Assembly: GCA_030704615.1 (NCBI GenBank) | Contig: CM060731.1 | Span: forward strand, 55,056,001-55,120,000 | Length of the DNA stretch: 64,000 nt | Direction of reading: 5' to 3' | Source: Takakia lepidozioides | Lineage: Eukaryota > Plantae > Bryophyta | In this document: in pieces, positions 1 to 13,430 of the stretch | Numbering within the stretch: position 1 is the stretch's first letter | How the letters are laid out: every line of letters begins with the position of its first letter | The notes under the pieces: generated by a model | Told to the model about the DNA's origin: nothing | What the model saw: the letters and a program-made list of their open reading frames with translations, nothing else | Database searches by the model: none | Made by a program: the position numbers and the translations under genes

Positions 1-729
1 GCTTGTCACTATGAAGAAAGGTGGTTCTTTGAATGGTTTCTTACAAACCCCACAACCCACCCCAATCACCCAGAAGTGTGAAACAAATCAGGAGCAAAAC
101 TATGGTGTAGGAGAAGGGTGATGGTGCCTTGCAATTCAAGGCTGTTTTGTCCTGGTTTTTTTAAGAAAACCTTTCTGATCTGGTCAACTCCTGACAGATC
201 CTTCTTTGTCGTGACAAGACAAGCCCTGTCTCTCTCTGTCTCTCTGCGTGCCAATTTGTGTTCTGCTCAAACTGGGCGCGGGTCAATGGCCACAAGGCTA
301 GGAGGTTGCAGTGTCTAATGCCATGTTGGATGCCCGAAGACTATCTGATGAAAATGAGGTTAGGCATAAGACTTCCCTGTACTTGTTTCGAGTCTGTGAC
401 CTGGGTGAGGACCAAACTGGGCACAGGGTCTATGGCCACACAGCAAACATCGTCTTCTGAGTACATTCTCTCTTCATTGTTGGATTAGGTTTATAATTCT
501 GAGCTGATCAATCTTGATGGTGCTCAATGTGTTCCATGAAGTGATGCTAAGCAAAAGCATTCACAAGGTACATCACTTCAAAGCTCGTCTTTTCTTGTTG
601 GAGGAATATTGAAATGGAAAGATCTCATGGAGATGGATGTGTTACCTTTCTGAAACCTTTTCATTCAGGTTGTCAAATAAGGATCCCTTTTATGCCCTAG
701 CTGCCACAATTAATACTACCTTTTGTGAG

Positions 730-1110
730 GGACTCACTCCAGTAGTGTGACTTACCTTGGTAAAGACAATTGGTTCAGGTTCTCTAGTAAGCCCTTCACA
801 CAAGCATCAACTTGTTGTGTGTGAGCTTCCCAGCAAATAGACCCCAACAGGGCCAGGGCTTTATGCTCAGCCTCAAGATTTTTGAAGTTGGTGAACAGAG
901 GTGCGGGAATGTTGTGGGATGTTCCTGAAGTGGTTACTCTCTGCTGAGTACGCTGGACAAAATATCAGAAAGTGGATATTGTCTTCAGGCTGCCCGCACA
1001 TTGGGCAACTACAATCTCATCTTCCTCTCAGCATCCCTTTATTGTTCAAAGGTAGGCTTCCCGCCATGAGTTTAAGTTACAATCTAGTGCCAAGGCGCCC
1101 TTGAGATCAT
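730..1110 (-). mobile_element. 5'-truncated non-LTR retrotransposon (LINE) 3' remnant, copy 1
   Basis: The minus strand encodes MAGSLP...CPMCGQPEDNIHFLIFCP, a LINE ORF2 C-terminal CCHC-type finger. Nucleotide similarity to 4490-4965 and 5585-6080. Confidence 0.65.
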
Positions 1111-3259
1111 CTTTGTACCGTACCAAATACGTGGCATTCTATGGGTTAGCCTTAGCACCATAGACAGTTTTTTTTTGGCTTACCCTAGATTGGCGGGGCA
1201 GTATCTTGGAAGAGGTTAATCCCTCATTATAATTGCAGAGTTGTACCCAACTCTTGTAGTTAGAAATGCTTGGCCAATAGGCCCTCTCTAGTACACACCT
1301 ATAAGCTAGTGAGCGCCTCCGCCCCCTTGAGCGCCTTCTGTCCTCGAGGGTGCTTCAGCCCCCATTCCTACTGCTGCCGCTACCCCCGTGGACAGCTGCA
1401 GAAGTATATATAAGGGGAGTAGTGACCCCGAGAACGGTGCAAGCCTGTTGGTGACCAAAAACTAGTGAGTAAGCGAGCGAGCCGGAAAGCGACCAAAGAG
1501 TGAGGAGCTGTTCCGGACTGCCATCTACCAAAGGGAATTCTCCTAGTCCCAAATAGGTGGAGGGTTTAGTGGGAAGCGAAGGGGGACCGTTATGTCCCGG
1601 TGAGCAGCCGAAGCTCCAAGTTGGCCCGGACGGCCAGGTTGGGAGTCAGGTGCGCGCATCAAAACGAGTAACTATGACTTGAAGGGGAGCTCACCGAAGT
1701 GAGGTGCGCGACACTTGTTGTAGTAAGGTATCCATGTGGGAATTAATGACGAAAATACAAAGGAGTATCTCACCCAACATCCTTTAGGTTCGATGTTATC
1801 AAATTTCGCCGTTTGTTACTTCTATTCTCTTGTGTTGCAAATCCACATAATTTTTGTTTGTTTTCAAACTTTGCTAGTATGTTCTACATACCATCTGAGA
1901 GGTCGTGGACAAGTTTGGGATCAACCAAAATTGTCCTTTAGCTGTCTTCAGTCTTAGCCATCTTCTTCAAGTTCCAACAGTGGCTGAGCAGGAAGGAGGC
2001 AGTTCTTTTGACATCATAACACTTCAAGGCTCTTTTCCTGCTTTTCCAGCTCTGTTGTTTATGTTGCCTTGCCATAGCAAACACTCTCATCTTGTCAAGT
2101 TGATAGATAATAGCATACGGCTAATTGTGTAGTAAGTTTGGATTGGGATTGTTTTCTCTCAAACAATGGATGTCTTCTTCTCTCCTAACCTGTAGATTAA
2201 CTTTCTCACGGGTGGAAATCGATAACAAGTGGTCTGGGCTTTCAAAACCTGGTATTCCACAACAGTCACTAACCTACTGGTTGTGTGGTTGCTTGTGGGA
2301 CCAGGTGAGGTTCCAGCCCTGACTTTTAAGTTTTACTCCTCAACATGCTTACGGAAGAGACAACATGACAACTAAATCTTTGCAATTTTGTTGTTTTTAC
2401 TTCTGTCCTCCATTGTTTGCTGCTTTTTGAAGATAGAAGAGGCCATAGTAGGCCTAACACACCCCTCATGGGCTATATGTGGAGGTCTCCTACTTGACAT
2501 TTCTAGTGTTTGAAAAAGAAGGAACAAGAACGACCATCATGATCCTTCTATAGACCTGTAGTATCTCTTTACAATCAGTATTTACAAGCTACTACTTCCT
2601 AGGGAGCTCCGGAAAGTTAAAAGCACCTATTGGCCTGTCTGTGCACGTAGTGGTTTGAAATTTTTCTTTCTAAGAACTTAAGGTGAATTGTGACTTTTGG
2701 CCACCCACCCATCGACTTGGTCTTGTTTTTTTGCAAAAGATGTTGCGGTTGTAGGCCGTGACTGTCCTCTACAGTTGGCTTAATTGGACAGACCTAGTCT
2801 GCTATCATAAATCAATATTCTACCTAGAAGGTCTATACTATAGCCTAATGTGGTCTTCTCAACAAACGCAGAGGTCTTGACATTCATAGTTGCTATTGGA
2901 GTTTGTTGATAGATGATATCTATTTCCTAAAGAGAATTCAGACTTCTTCTTTTCTAGTCTTGACATGACTAGCCCTATTTGTGCTTGTCTGTGTGTGATG
3001 GCACATGTATGAAAAGATGCAGCTGGTTCGGATTTCAGACACTGCACCTAAGAGGGACCTATGGGATGACTAATGAAGACAGTCCCTTCTTATTGTTGAG
3101 GACAGTTTTATGAGAAATCTCACCTCCAGAGAATATACTCATAAGATGTTGTTTGCCGTAGCCTTGTGGCCTCACCTCCAGAGAAACAGAAGTAAACATG
3201 AAAGGATGAATATTTCAGAGAACAGAGGAGAAGATTAGTGTATGGGGCATACCACTTAC

Positions 3260-4320
3260 TCTGAGCAGAGCCGGGCCTGCGCTGGATCTGTAAGCCTGCC
3301 ATTACAATCAGAAACTCGACTGTGAGTCAGGAAATTCCATGAAATAGTGAACTCTGAGCAATCTTACCTGGTGTTCCTTTCCACAAATTCACTTGTTGCC
3401 AAAACCACACTAGTTTATCCAGCTGCAGAGTGTATAACTAGAATGCATGAGAGATGGGGATTAGGACAAACCCACCATTAAGTTATGACTGGTTCAATGT
3501 ATTGCGTGTTTGATTGGCAGATATGTTCTGGAAAACAAGCCACCCAGTCACTCTTCATCTTCTTCCCCTAGAACATGACTACTTGCTCATCCTTCGAAGC
3601 CGGAGTCTCTTTGACACACCATAAATCTTTCAACTGTTGTGGCCATGAACGCAATAGACAATGTCGGTGACAAAGTGAGCGTACGTGTGGAAACAGGAGC
3701 ATACCTTTATATTGAGTTCCCACGTAGCCCACCCACAAAGCCACCTTCTTCTTAAACGACACAGTACTGTCAATAGCTGAAGGTTTGCTTCCCAAGGACA
3801 ATGATTGGTCAGCTTGGGCGGGAGCCTGTGCTGGTGATAATGAAGAAAATGCACAATTCAAATAAGGAGTAGGGTAGGAAGTAGAGGGGTATAGACTCTG
3901 ATTTTGTTGGAAGGGAGGCCCTACATGGTAACCAGGCCAGGGAGGCACTAAATATGCAGGCCCTATGTATGGACCTTGGTGGAAAGCATTGGAAGGAAGG
4001 GTATGTTCAGACTCTGAGTGTGAAATACTGGGAGCATAATTACCCAGAGTTGAGTATGGCTGAGAGTTATAGGCAGAGTAATGTTCAGTCTGAATATGCA
4101 TGAGTAGGGAGGCCCCAGAGGTTGGGTATGCTTGAGAACAGTACGGGCCGGGCACGCTTCCTGGTCTATATGGAGCTGGAACACCTGGATTTCCTGAGCC
4201 AAAATGCCCAAGCTTCGGCACCTTTTCAGACTTCTGCAAAGTGCCAGCAAGGGAGTCAGCACAATCCATTGAACCAGGTAAGGGAGAGGAAACCAGACAC
4301 TCAAATACTCGAAGGCACAT
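3260..4320 (-). CDS. tRNA pseudouridine synthase (TruA/PUS1 family), first two visible exons (~4320-3705 and 3295-3260); the rest probably lies beyond the left edge
   Basis: The ORF contains KKKVALWVGYVGTQYK-G, then a GTATGC donor at 3704. An acceptor ...TGGCAG precedes 3295, and the 36-nt exon restores G-LQIQRRPGSAQ before a GTAAGT donor at 3259. The joined motif VGYVGTQYKGLQIQ matches the TruA/PUS1 N-terminal GYxGxxYxGxQ motif. The start codon is uncertain. Confidence 0.8.
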
Positions 4321-4489
4321 GGCTGGACCGATAATCAAAGCAATGCTTCAAAACCCAGGCTTAGAGATAGGAAGCATTTTTCCCAGTCCTATGGTTATGA
4401 GGCACCACAATCATGCATGGGTCACTTTAAGAACCACGATCTCGGGGACACTCTTCTATTCCAAAGAATGTACTCAAAAGACCGTTGTG

Positions 4490-4965
4490 AGGGGCTCACT
4501 CCGGTACTGTGACATAGGCATTTCAGAATGTACTCATAAGACGTTGTTTGCCGTAGCCTTGTGGCCATTGACCCCGCCCTCAGTTTGAGCGGAACACAAA
4601 GGGACAGAAACTACCTTTGTCGAAGGATGACGCCGGTAGTATGACTTACCTTGAAACAGACAATTGATGTGAGTTTTCCAGATATCCTCTAGAAATCCCT
4701 TCACACAAGCATCAATCTGTGTGCGTGGTTTGCCTAATAACTACGCCCCAAAAGGGCCTGTCAGCCTCGAGACTTTCAAAGTTGGTAAACAGAGGTTCAG
4801 GCTTGTCCCCTGATGGATTTGAAGAGGACGTCTCTCTCTCGATAGTACCCAGGACAGAAAATGAATATTGTCTTCACATGACAGGCAATTGCAATCCACC
4901 ACTCTGCATCTATTTGCCTTCAAAGGTAGGCTTCCCGCCCTGAGTTTAAATTTCAGTCTAGGGCC
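4490..4965 (-). mobile_element. LINE 3' remnant, copy 2
   Basis: Shares the blocks cacacaagcatcaa, gttggtaaacagagg and caaaggtaggcttccc, and the tail gtttgccgtagccttgtggc, with the other copies. Confidence 0.6.
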
Positions 4966-5584
4966 CTTGGTGAAACCACAGCCTCTACAGCCTCTAAGTC
5001 AAATTTATCCAGCAGGGTCAAGACTTGCAGACTTCATTTCAGATTCTTGAGAATCTCTTCTACCCTCTTCAGCCAGGACTTAGCATGAGATCCTGCTTCC
5101 ACAGGCATTTCAAAGAGGGCAACTAGACTGGCAACAGATGTGGGCACATCAAAATGGAGTGCCTCTACTGTCATGGTATACAGGGCACGGAAAAAGATGC
5201 ACTCCTACATTATGTATACTGGACAAGTCCTATCCTCGTTAATCCCTCTGCCTGTCATGATCTGGACATTGAAAACTGACACTGAAGTTTCCTAAAGCAT
5301 GCTGAGGACGTGGAGACAAGTAGTAATCTCTGGTGTCTATGAAGTTTACATATGGAATTGTCATTTGGCACCCTGGGCTTTGTTAAGCATAACTTGAAAA
5401 TCCTTTCTGATCAGGTTGTGTTTTCCCTGCTTCGTGAGTATGTTTCCCGTGGACGAAAAAACTGGCAAAGTATTTGTATTGTCAAAGTAGTGACCAGTAA
5501 CTCCCCTCTGACTTCATTAGTTCTAGACAGAGGGTGCAGACATGCAGGTGTTGAGCCCTCTCATTGCCAGCCAACGGTCTTAGG

Positions 5585-6480
5585 GATACAGAGAGAATGT
5601 ACTCATAAGGCAATGTTTGCCGTAGCCTTGTGGCTGTAGACCCTGGGCCCAGTTTGGGAGGAACAAAAGGGAATCGATGCTCCCTGGTAGTGTGACGTAC
5701 CTATGTAAAGACAATTAGTTCGGGTTTTCCAGATATCCCTGCACACAAGTATCAACTTGCTGTGTGAGGCCCAGCAATTAGACCCCAACAGGGGCAGGGC
5801 TTTCCGTGCAGCATCAAGATTTTCGAAGTTGGTCAACAGAGGTGCCAGGACAATGTGCTTCATGGTTCTGAAGAGTCAATCTCTGGTGAGAAAACCCTGG
5901 ACAATGTATCAGAAAATTAATAATATTGTCTTCCAGCTGCCCACACATTGGGCAATTACAATCTCCTCTTCTTCTCTGCATCTGTTTATTTCTCAAAGGT
6001 AGGCTTCCCATCCTGAGTTTATCTAGTGCTGAGGGTGCGTAGGCCCTTGAGATCATCCTTAAGGTCCTTGCCCATGTCACAGACTGGAAACAAGTTCAGG
6101 GGAGTTCTATGCCTAACTTTAATTTCATCAGACAGTCTTTGGGCATCCGACATGCCATTAGATACTCCTATCTCCAGGTCAGGGATACAGAGAGAGAGAG
6201 TTGGGGGTGGAGGCACCTTCGGAGTGAAAGTGGCAATATCTCCTTTAGTTCTTCCAGAAGGGCAAATCACGGTAAAAGAGGTGGTAGGCAGCTTGTTCCC
6301 AGCATTGAACACCTTACCTAAAGGTATCCTGCCATCCAGCCACCAAAAATTACTGGTTAACTACATACTTGAAATCCGATCATCCCTATGCAACCTTTGG
6401 GACGTAACTTTGCACATGAACCATAGCCTGAGATCACTGTGAATAGGCCACCTTTTGACCTATGCACTTACTTTGGCCAC
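5585..6480 (-). mobile_element. LINE 3' remnant, copy 3 (longest)
   Basis: ORF 5814-6080 reads KLRMGSLPLR...CPMCGQLEDNIINFLIHCP, and the same 3' tail is at 5595-5660. The right boundary is approximate. Confidence 0.65.
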
Positions 6481-8994
6481 ACCGAAACTGCCCCCTGGAG
6501 GCCCTGTGACAGCTAAAAAATCTCCTGGGCCTTCATTGACTGGTTGGCGTTTCCTTATACCCAAGAGACATTGACAATGCCTAATGGGTTCCAAGATTGC
6601 TCCCTTGGCATAGATTTCAAAACCACCAACAAATTAAAATCTCCTTCAAGCTTCACCCTATCCACAAAAAATGTGATGAAATTTGACTCCTAAGAGTATA
6701 CCCATATTGAGGGAGAGGATTAATTGTGCTCTGCAATGAAATTTGTATCATGCACTGCGCACTATACAACTGTTGAGATGCTTCAAAGTCTGACAATGGG
6801 ACTGAAATAATTCTCTCACAGACATCCATTATTTGTGATATACACCAGTACTGAAGTTGTTCTTGTTTGGTTCAACGAAGATACAGTCCCACTGTCTTCC
6901 ATACTCCAGTGGCCACCCAACCTCACGATTTTGGGTGTGTATGTGTTCGTGTGGAGAGCAAGAAACAGAGATAGAGAGAGAGAGGTCAAAAGGTCTTACA
7001 TGGCACTTCCAATCTTGTTGTCCTCCAGGACATTTGCATTGAAGATTTGGATTGAAAGCTCAGAAGTGCTATCATCAACAGGGAACGTGAACTTCCGCTT
7101 CCACACTGGTTTACTGCCGTGATCTGCGCAGCTCGAGTATAAACTCGACTATGAGTACACCATCCACAAACCAAGTCTGATCAGCCTTCTACAAGGCATA
7201 GCTCATGAGTCATTTCACCCTCGAGGACATGAAACTCAGCCCAAAATCACTGTTGCAGTCTTGAACGGTAGCTATATTCCAACGACAGGGTCCATCCAGT
7301 GTCAAGTACAGGGCCTTGACAAAGTAACTGAAATAACAATTATTCCATTAGTGACAACAAAACTACCCAGATCTACACCTTGGTTGTTGTAGAACTTCCG
7401 CTCCCACTGAACCAGTGTGAGAGAGACAGAGGTTGTAGGCATTAACCAATCCCCGCAAAGATTGCTTATGCCATATCATTCCTCCTGGAGCCAGTTCTAA
7501 AATTCCAGCCCACTGTAGGTATATGAGACTATCTCAGAAGTGCCATTGGCTTGGAGCACAGCCAATGAAAGTAATATTGTAAAGAATGAAGAGTTTGTTG
7601 TACGAGCTGGCATAGACATCCTTCTCGATTTTGGAGATCCTACTTTTAAGCTTATCGGGTTCGCAAGCTTGGTGGCCATTACAAATACCCAGAACTTTGC
7701 GAACAAAACGTTGAATCCCACACTACTTCTCTAGCCCCCAAATTGGCCACAAATGTAGCAGACAGTGCCTAAAAGAGGGCAAAGTGAGAGGGAGGGAGAA
7801 ATATTTGTCACGTAATTGGAAATGGGGTCGTATTACAGCTTCCACCCAACGTTTCGCAGGGTTTGGCCCTTCACTTGTCAAGCGAGTTTGCCATATTGCA
7901 GCACGTGGCAAGTTTCTTTTGGCTATCGTAGCTCTGATAGCGACATCTGGGGTTTGTAGCCTCGTAATACTCCCCCATTCCAATTACGTTCGGTAATGGC
8001 CACCGGTTGACCCTGCTCGCGGCCCCGCCGCTCGCCGGGTCCGCCTGGTGGCCACTACCTAGTACATTATGCTGCTCGCATCCATGGAGTTAATAATTAC
8101 TTGCCACTGGGAACAAGCTGCCTAGGGAACCGAGAACATCTCTCGAATTCTCAGCTGAAACCACTGAGTGTTGTAACATTAGGGATCACACCCCACCACT
8201 GCTCAGACTGATATAAACACATCTACAGTACACAGCTTCACTGACAGCACCTCCATACCTGAGACACTTTTGCTCCTAAGCTTGATCCTCCCACAGTACA
8301 AAATGGCATAGGGATCTCCTTTGCCTGCAGTCATGAAATATACTTCAAGTTCAAGACCATTACAGTGCATGAGCCTTCTGATGGCGTTGAACTGACTTTC
8401 TATTGTGAACGCCCGAAATTTCAGCAAGAGAAAAAGAGACTTATAAGCACCAGTCCTCGTAACACTGAACAATCTATAGACATCCACATCAAACCTGCCT
8501 AACGCAGGTAGTGCCAAATGATGGATCGTGTGGAGTAGCACCAGTCCTACGAAAGGCGACAAAGAAACTCACTGCCTTTGGAGAGTCAGAGTTACTGCCC
8601 CCTTAACACAGGGGCTTCATACCTCTCCTTCCAACACTGGAGGCTACGGAGAGGGCAATACTTCCCATAGCCTGAGATGGATGACAATTGTAAGGGCCAA
8701 ATCACTAACCTTGATTGGATCTAAGAGACTCAATACGAAGCTGCTTCAATCCTACAGGAAAGTAGCGGCCATAGCAGCAGGTTTGCCTGAACATTGTGAT
8801 GGAGGAGTCTAGGTGCTCATCCAACCCACCTGCGAGCTTCAAAGCTGCCGCCGGCTATGGGCGGTACACTAGCCGGGAGTCGGACGGTCGACGCGGGAGA
8901 GCAATTGGCCACACTCACCACTGCTTGCCTCCCGCCACCTGCACTCGTTTGCCCTAAATTATGTATTAGATAATGTCAATGTGGAGGAGCATTA

Positions 8995-9715
8995 AGGTAG
9001 AAACACCTAAAATGGAGCAGTCAAAACGGACCCCTAGAAAAATACACAAAACTAACCATATGTCATCTTTAAAAGGTGCTTTGATCACAAGTGGTCCAAA
9101 TTAGGTCATGTGGTGGGCCACAATGGAACTCCAATGAACCCTTTTAACTCATACATGATCATAATGACACCACTTAATGGTTAATAACCACCGGCGCCCA
9201 CTTTGAGAGCATTATCAAGTCGAGACAGGAAGAATGAATCCTAACATGTAGGAGAGGGGATCACATTCCGTGATCAACGATCCCCCGATTGAGTTTCACC
9301 TAGATCAACGATCAGGATTGAGTTTAATCCAAATGGACCTTAAGCTCCGTTTTCTTTAAGGTGGGAGGTTATTTAAGGTCAATAAATGGTTATGTTAGTT
9401 GACTGACATGGTCTATGTTACTATATTGTTTAATCACTAAAGTGAAAGAGGATGCACACTTTTTGCCTTTGGCTCGAGACAAAGTGTACTTGCTGTTCAA
9501 AATAGTACCCCTATCCATTCAAGGTTATTCCATGATTTCACATTGAATATTCACCAATATTACAAAATAATTCGGATTTTTATTTTCTATTTTCTATTTT
9601 ATTTTTGCATTAAATTTCATTTCTATGTGCCCACATCAGAAAAATATATACGACGACACTGCACACCTGAAACTGCACACATTTCTTAAATGATCCATTT
9701 TAGGTGTTTCTACCT
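8995..9715. mobile_element. MITE with 22-bp perfect TIRs, probable TA target-site duplication
   Basis: aggtagaaacacctaaaatgga at 8995 and its reverse complement ending at 9715. TA flanks both sides. The interior is AT-rich and non-coding. Confidence 0.8.
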
Positions 9716-9792
9716 TACCGAGAATAATCCGAGCTGCAGGCCAGCTGCGGGAGCAGCGAGTAATTATTTGAGATTGCTTCGGATGGACATTA

Positions 9793-9910
9793 TTCTAGTG
9801 ACGACCGAAGGTCGGAAGCTAGTTTAGTGTAGAGCAGGAATAGGATGTCGAAGTGCCACGTTTCGTCGTCAAATTTCGTCAATCTGCCTGGACTGCCCAC
9901 CCGAAATACG
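9793..9910. repeat. Dispersed ~110-bp hairpin/CTAG element (Helitron/Helentron-like terminus), copy 1
   Basis: ttctagtgacgaccgaaggtcggaagctagtttagtgtagagcaggaatagg... recurs at 57450 and 62188. It contains the hairpin cgacc-gaa-ggtcg bracketed by CTAG. Confidence 0.7.
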
Positions 9911-10599
9911 TCAATAGAAATTGCCGCGTCATCGTTTTCGGAACTGCCCGAAATGCCCGAACTTGTCACTCACGCGTAACATCATGACTGATGATTACAT
10001 ATTTGCTCGCAGGGTTATACAACTTATACCCTTTGGTCTCTTCATAACCAATGAAGTGAGAGAGAGAGAAGACTCCGACCGTAGCCGGCGTAACTAAGAG
10101 TCACTTTGCCTTACGGCTACTCCCCCCTTTCGGGGATGGGCCCTATAAGGGGAGGGCTGCTATGAACCCCCTGAGCTCCCAAGAGGACCCTGGGGTCGAG
10201 TTGGCGTTTGTTGGTGATGATGGCTGTTAGGGAACGGAGTACTGTAAGATGGATTGTCTTGATACATTGATGGATTGGGAGAATGCGTATTTTGAAGTTA
10301 TCATGTAAATCATTGGCGTTGTGTATGCCACCTCGGATTCCGGCGGGGGGTGCTATTCTGTGAGCCCAGAGGCGTGAGCCTGTGAGCCCAGGAAACCGTG
10401 AGCCCAGCACAGGCTCACGCCACGTCAGCATGCATACAGGGCCTATTTCCGCGGGTGTCACCTATTACCGCGGGTTGATCAGCCATTTCCAGGGAATGCA
10501 GACTGGATGTGTTACATCCATTGTATCCATCATTTTTATCCATTGCATCCATTTAGACGTTATCAACATACCAAGCCCCTGCATTGGAATGTGCCTACG

Positions 10600-10860
10600 T
10601 CGTGAGCAGGTGCACACTCACATCATCCAAAGCGGATCCCTGCAAAATCTTTTCTTACTCACCACCCTTGCGAACATGTCAGGTATGTGCGGGAGCATCA
10701 TGGATGCTCACCAGAATTGAGAATGCCTGAACGTCTTTGATCGCGTGGACTTTATCATGATGGATTTACCAAGCATTCTTCTAGCATGAATGGTTTGGAG
10801 ACCAACGAGCAAATGATGCGAGAATGCTCTACCCGAACCAAAGACGTTTGTTTGTTTTTG
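10600..10860 (+). pseudogene. PLS-PPR gene fragment (first L-S-P motifs of the family at 52 kb)
   Basis: QVHTHIIQSG...NLFLLTTLANM..MCGSIMDAHQ, then ggatttaccaagcat...ttggagaccaacgagcaaatgatgcg. Frameshifted. Confidence 0.75.
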
Positions 10861-11547
10861 CAATGCACACAAGCCTGTGAGCTCCGCAAAACACTAAATA
10901 GATTGAAGGAACAATCCGGGCAGTCCATGCAACCCCCATTTCCAACGATAGTTTGTTCCCATGAATTTGCATCCCACGCAGACATTGCAAACAGGACAAC
11001 AAGGACACACAACCATCCCATTTCAAAATTGGCCCCGAATGAAAGCAAAAGAAAACTTCATATCAAGTGTTACAGTCATCAGAATCAGTATCGACCTCCT
11101 GTGCTATGTCATCCACAAAGATTCCGGCCCCAACACCACGTCTTCTACCACGGCCGTCGATGGTTAGACTGCGAGTGCCATGAATGGACATGCTTGCTGC
11201 GAGTGCCTCCGCATAGACAGGTAGGACGTAAGACTGAGGAGGACTTGAAAGAAGTCCAAAAAGGTGTGATAGCCCTGGAGAGTCAGTGGAAGCACGCGGA
11301 CTCATGCACAAGTGGACAAAAACCAATTTTGAACACAATGATGCAATGCACAAGTCCAACGAAGAGGATATCTCCTATGTGCACTTTGCCTTAAGAACAG
11401 TGATTCTGGGTATTGAAACAACAATGCAAGCATCCACAGGTTGAACTTACTCACAGGCAAAGTCGTCATCCAGCTCCTTGTCGGAATTCTCCCCTGTATC
11501 AATATCAGCGGATAGGGGCTTCGGAAGGACTTGAGAAGTGTGTCCAC

Positions 11548-12445
11548 TGTTAGAGGGCTGCTTGGGACTTAGACGCTTTTACGGGTTCTGAGGGGTACCC
11601 TTAATTTTTGCGCAGACTGAGACCAACAGGAGCCTTAGGAGTGGCAGCAGCAGGCTTTAGGGGGGTTACACAGCCCGACACAGCTTTATACAGCCCGTCA
11701 CAGCCCAACACAGCCCGTCGCAGCCCGACACAGCACGCCACAGCTTCGCACAACCCGTCACAGCCAACACAGCCTTACACAGCCAGTCACAGCTCGGCAC
11801 AGCTTGACACAACCTGTCACAGTACATGGGGAACAGTTAACATTGACAGGGAACGACTTTGAGAGAACGACATCTGCAAAAAGAACGTGTTACTTCAAGG
11901 ATGACGGTTAATTAGTTAGGTGGTTAGAACAGCTTGCGGGCAAATAAGGAGAGTGGCAACGGAAAGAAGGGGACACACACACTTCAGGGGGAGCGCTTCG
12001 GGGTCATGGAGGAGAGGAGATCAGGCGGGGAGTAAGAAGGAGGAAAGATGAACAGTAGATGCTGATTACCTGCAAAGCTGTAGTGATACTGTAGGGCGGA
12101 TTAGAGTCACCTTGACATTGGCCTAGTACCTGATAAATCGTAATCTGATACTTATTCGATACAAGCACATTGTGTAGAGAGACATGAGTGAAGCTGTGAA
12201 ATGAATGCATGATTAACTGGAACTAAGTAGATACTGAAGCAATCTGATGCTTCAGTATCAGATAAGGTAAATTGATAACATGAAGGCAAGAAGGAATACA
12301 AATGGGAAGCACAACCACGATTCACTAGCTGCAGATCATGACTGATTGTATTGAGCGGGTTGAGTGCTTAGAGATATCCAACTATTCTATCTTGGAGTTT
12401 TCACCTCGGATAGCGAAGGGATGGGTGAGTAAAAGCCGCTTGACA
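11548..12445 (+). mobile_element. Ty3/Gypsy 5' LTR (family A)
   Basis: TGTTAG...TTGACA termini. Homologous to the LTRs at 21434-22380 and 39566-40453. Followed by a PBS-like site. Confidence 0.85.
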
Positions 12446-12447
12446 TT

Positions 12448-12465
12448 TGGCGACCATACTGGGGA
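12448..12465 (+). promoter_or_regulatory. Primer-binding site of family A
   Basis: tggcgaccatactgggga, 2 nt after the LTR CA. It resembles the Athila-type TGGCGCCGTTGCCGGGGA PBS. Confidence 0.7.
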
Positions 12466-13029
12466 ATTGAGTCATGAACAGCCAGATGTGACAGGCATCT
12501 GGTGGGATCATGGTGGTTGGAGAATTAAAGAATTTGATGTGAATCAAATTCCTTGTGAAACTGAGAAGGAAAGATTGTTCAAACAATTCTTTCAGAGGTT
12601 CTTGGAATTGCCAGACGGTTGTAAAGAAAACATTCTTAAGAAAGTGCATGATGCTGACCCTGAGTGGGGTCTGGAGAAAGGAGTGATAAAGATTTATCAG
12701 GTGGCCTGTAGAGGAAGAGCACGTTGGTTACCAACACTGGTTTATGTGATAGCATTGCTATCCATTAAGCGAGTATAGTTTGAAGGCTGGGAGGAGGTTA
12801 GCTATTTCATGAGCATGAGCGGCATGAGCGGAGTAGCAAGACAATCGGTTTTCATGAGCAAAAGTACAAATTTCGAAAATAAAAAAAACATTATAAAACA
12901 TTAATTTAATGCAATATGTCAGAAAAAACAAATATATAATTCGGCACCTTGAAGGGGAAATTGTAGTTTTGAGAGTTGTGCTCATGATATTTCGTCTTCC
13001 GCTCATGCCAATTCCCAGCGACATGTGCA

Positions 13030-13430
13030 AAAATGGCGCCGAATTTCGCGGTAATAGGGTCCGTAACCGGAAAGAATTGCGACGTATTTCGTGGTAATAG
13101 GTCTCTCTGGCGAAAAATGGTGCCGAATTCCGCGGCTATAGGTCCCCTCATGACAGGTGTGTAAGCCCAAAATTTGGAAATGTGGCGCCGAATTTCGGTA
13201 CATGGTGCTGGGGATTGCACAGATGTTGGGCAGTTCTGGGCCATGTAACTGGAAATTCGGCGCCATTTTTCCAAACATCGTTCCCGAGCATGTTCGGACT
13301 TAGCCAGTTTTCGGCCCAAAACAGGGAAATTCGACGCCATTTTTCCTGACACAGGGGTACCAGTGCATGTTGGGACTTAGCCAGTTTTCGGCCCAAAATA
13401 GAGAAATTCGGCGCCATTTTTCCAGAAATG
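13030..13430. repeat. Repeat array of the Mutator-like element (gaaattcggcgcc motif), downstream of the transposase
   Basis: Repeated aaatggcgccgaatttc / gaaattcggcgccatttt in both orientations. Confidence 0.8.

Noticed and set aside
1290-1730. GC-rich LTR-like stretch with a TATA box (similar character at 10117-10600 and 60640-61250)
   Set aside because: No termini, TSD or partner could be defined.
10786-11547. 202-aa ORF and overlapping minus-strand ORFs
   Set aside because: It begins in a PPR remnant and has no recognisable domain afterwards.
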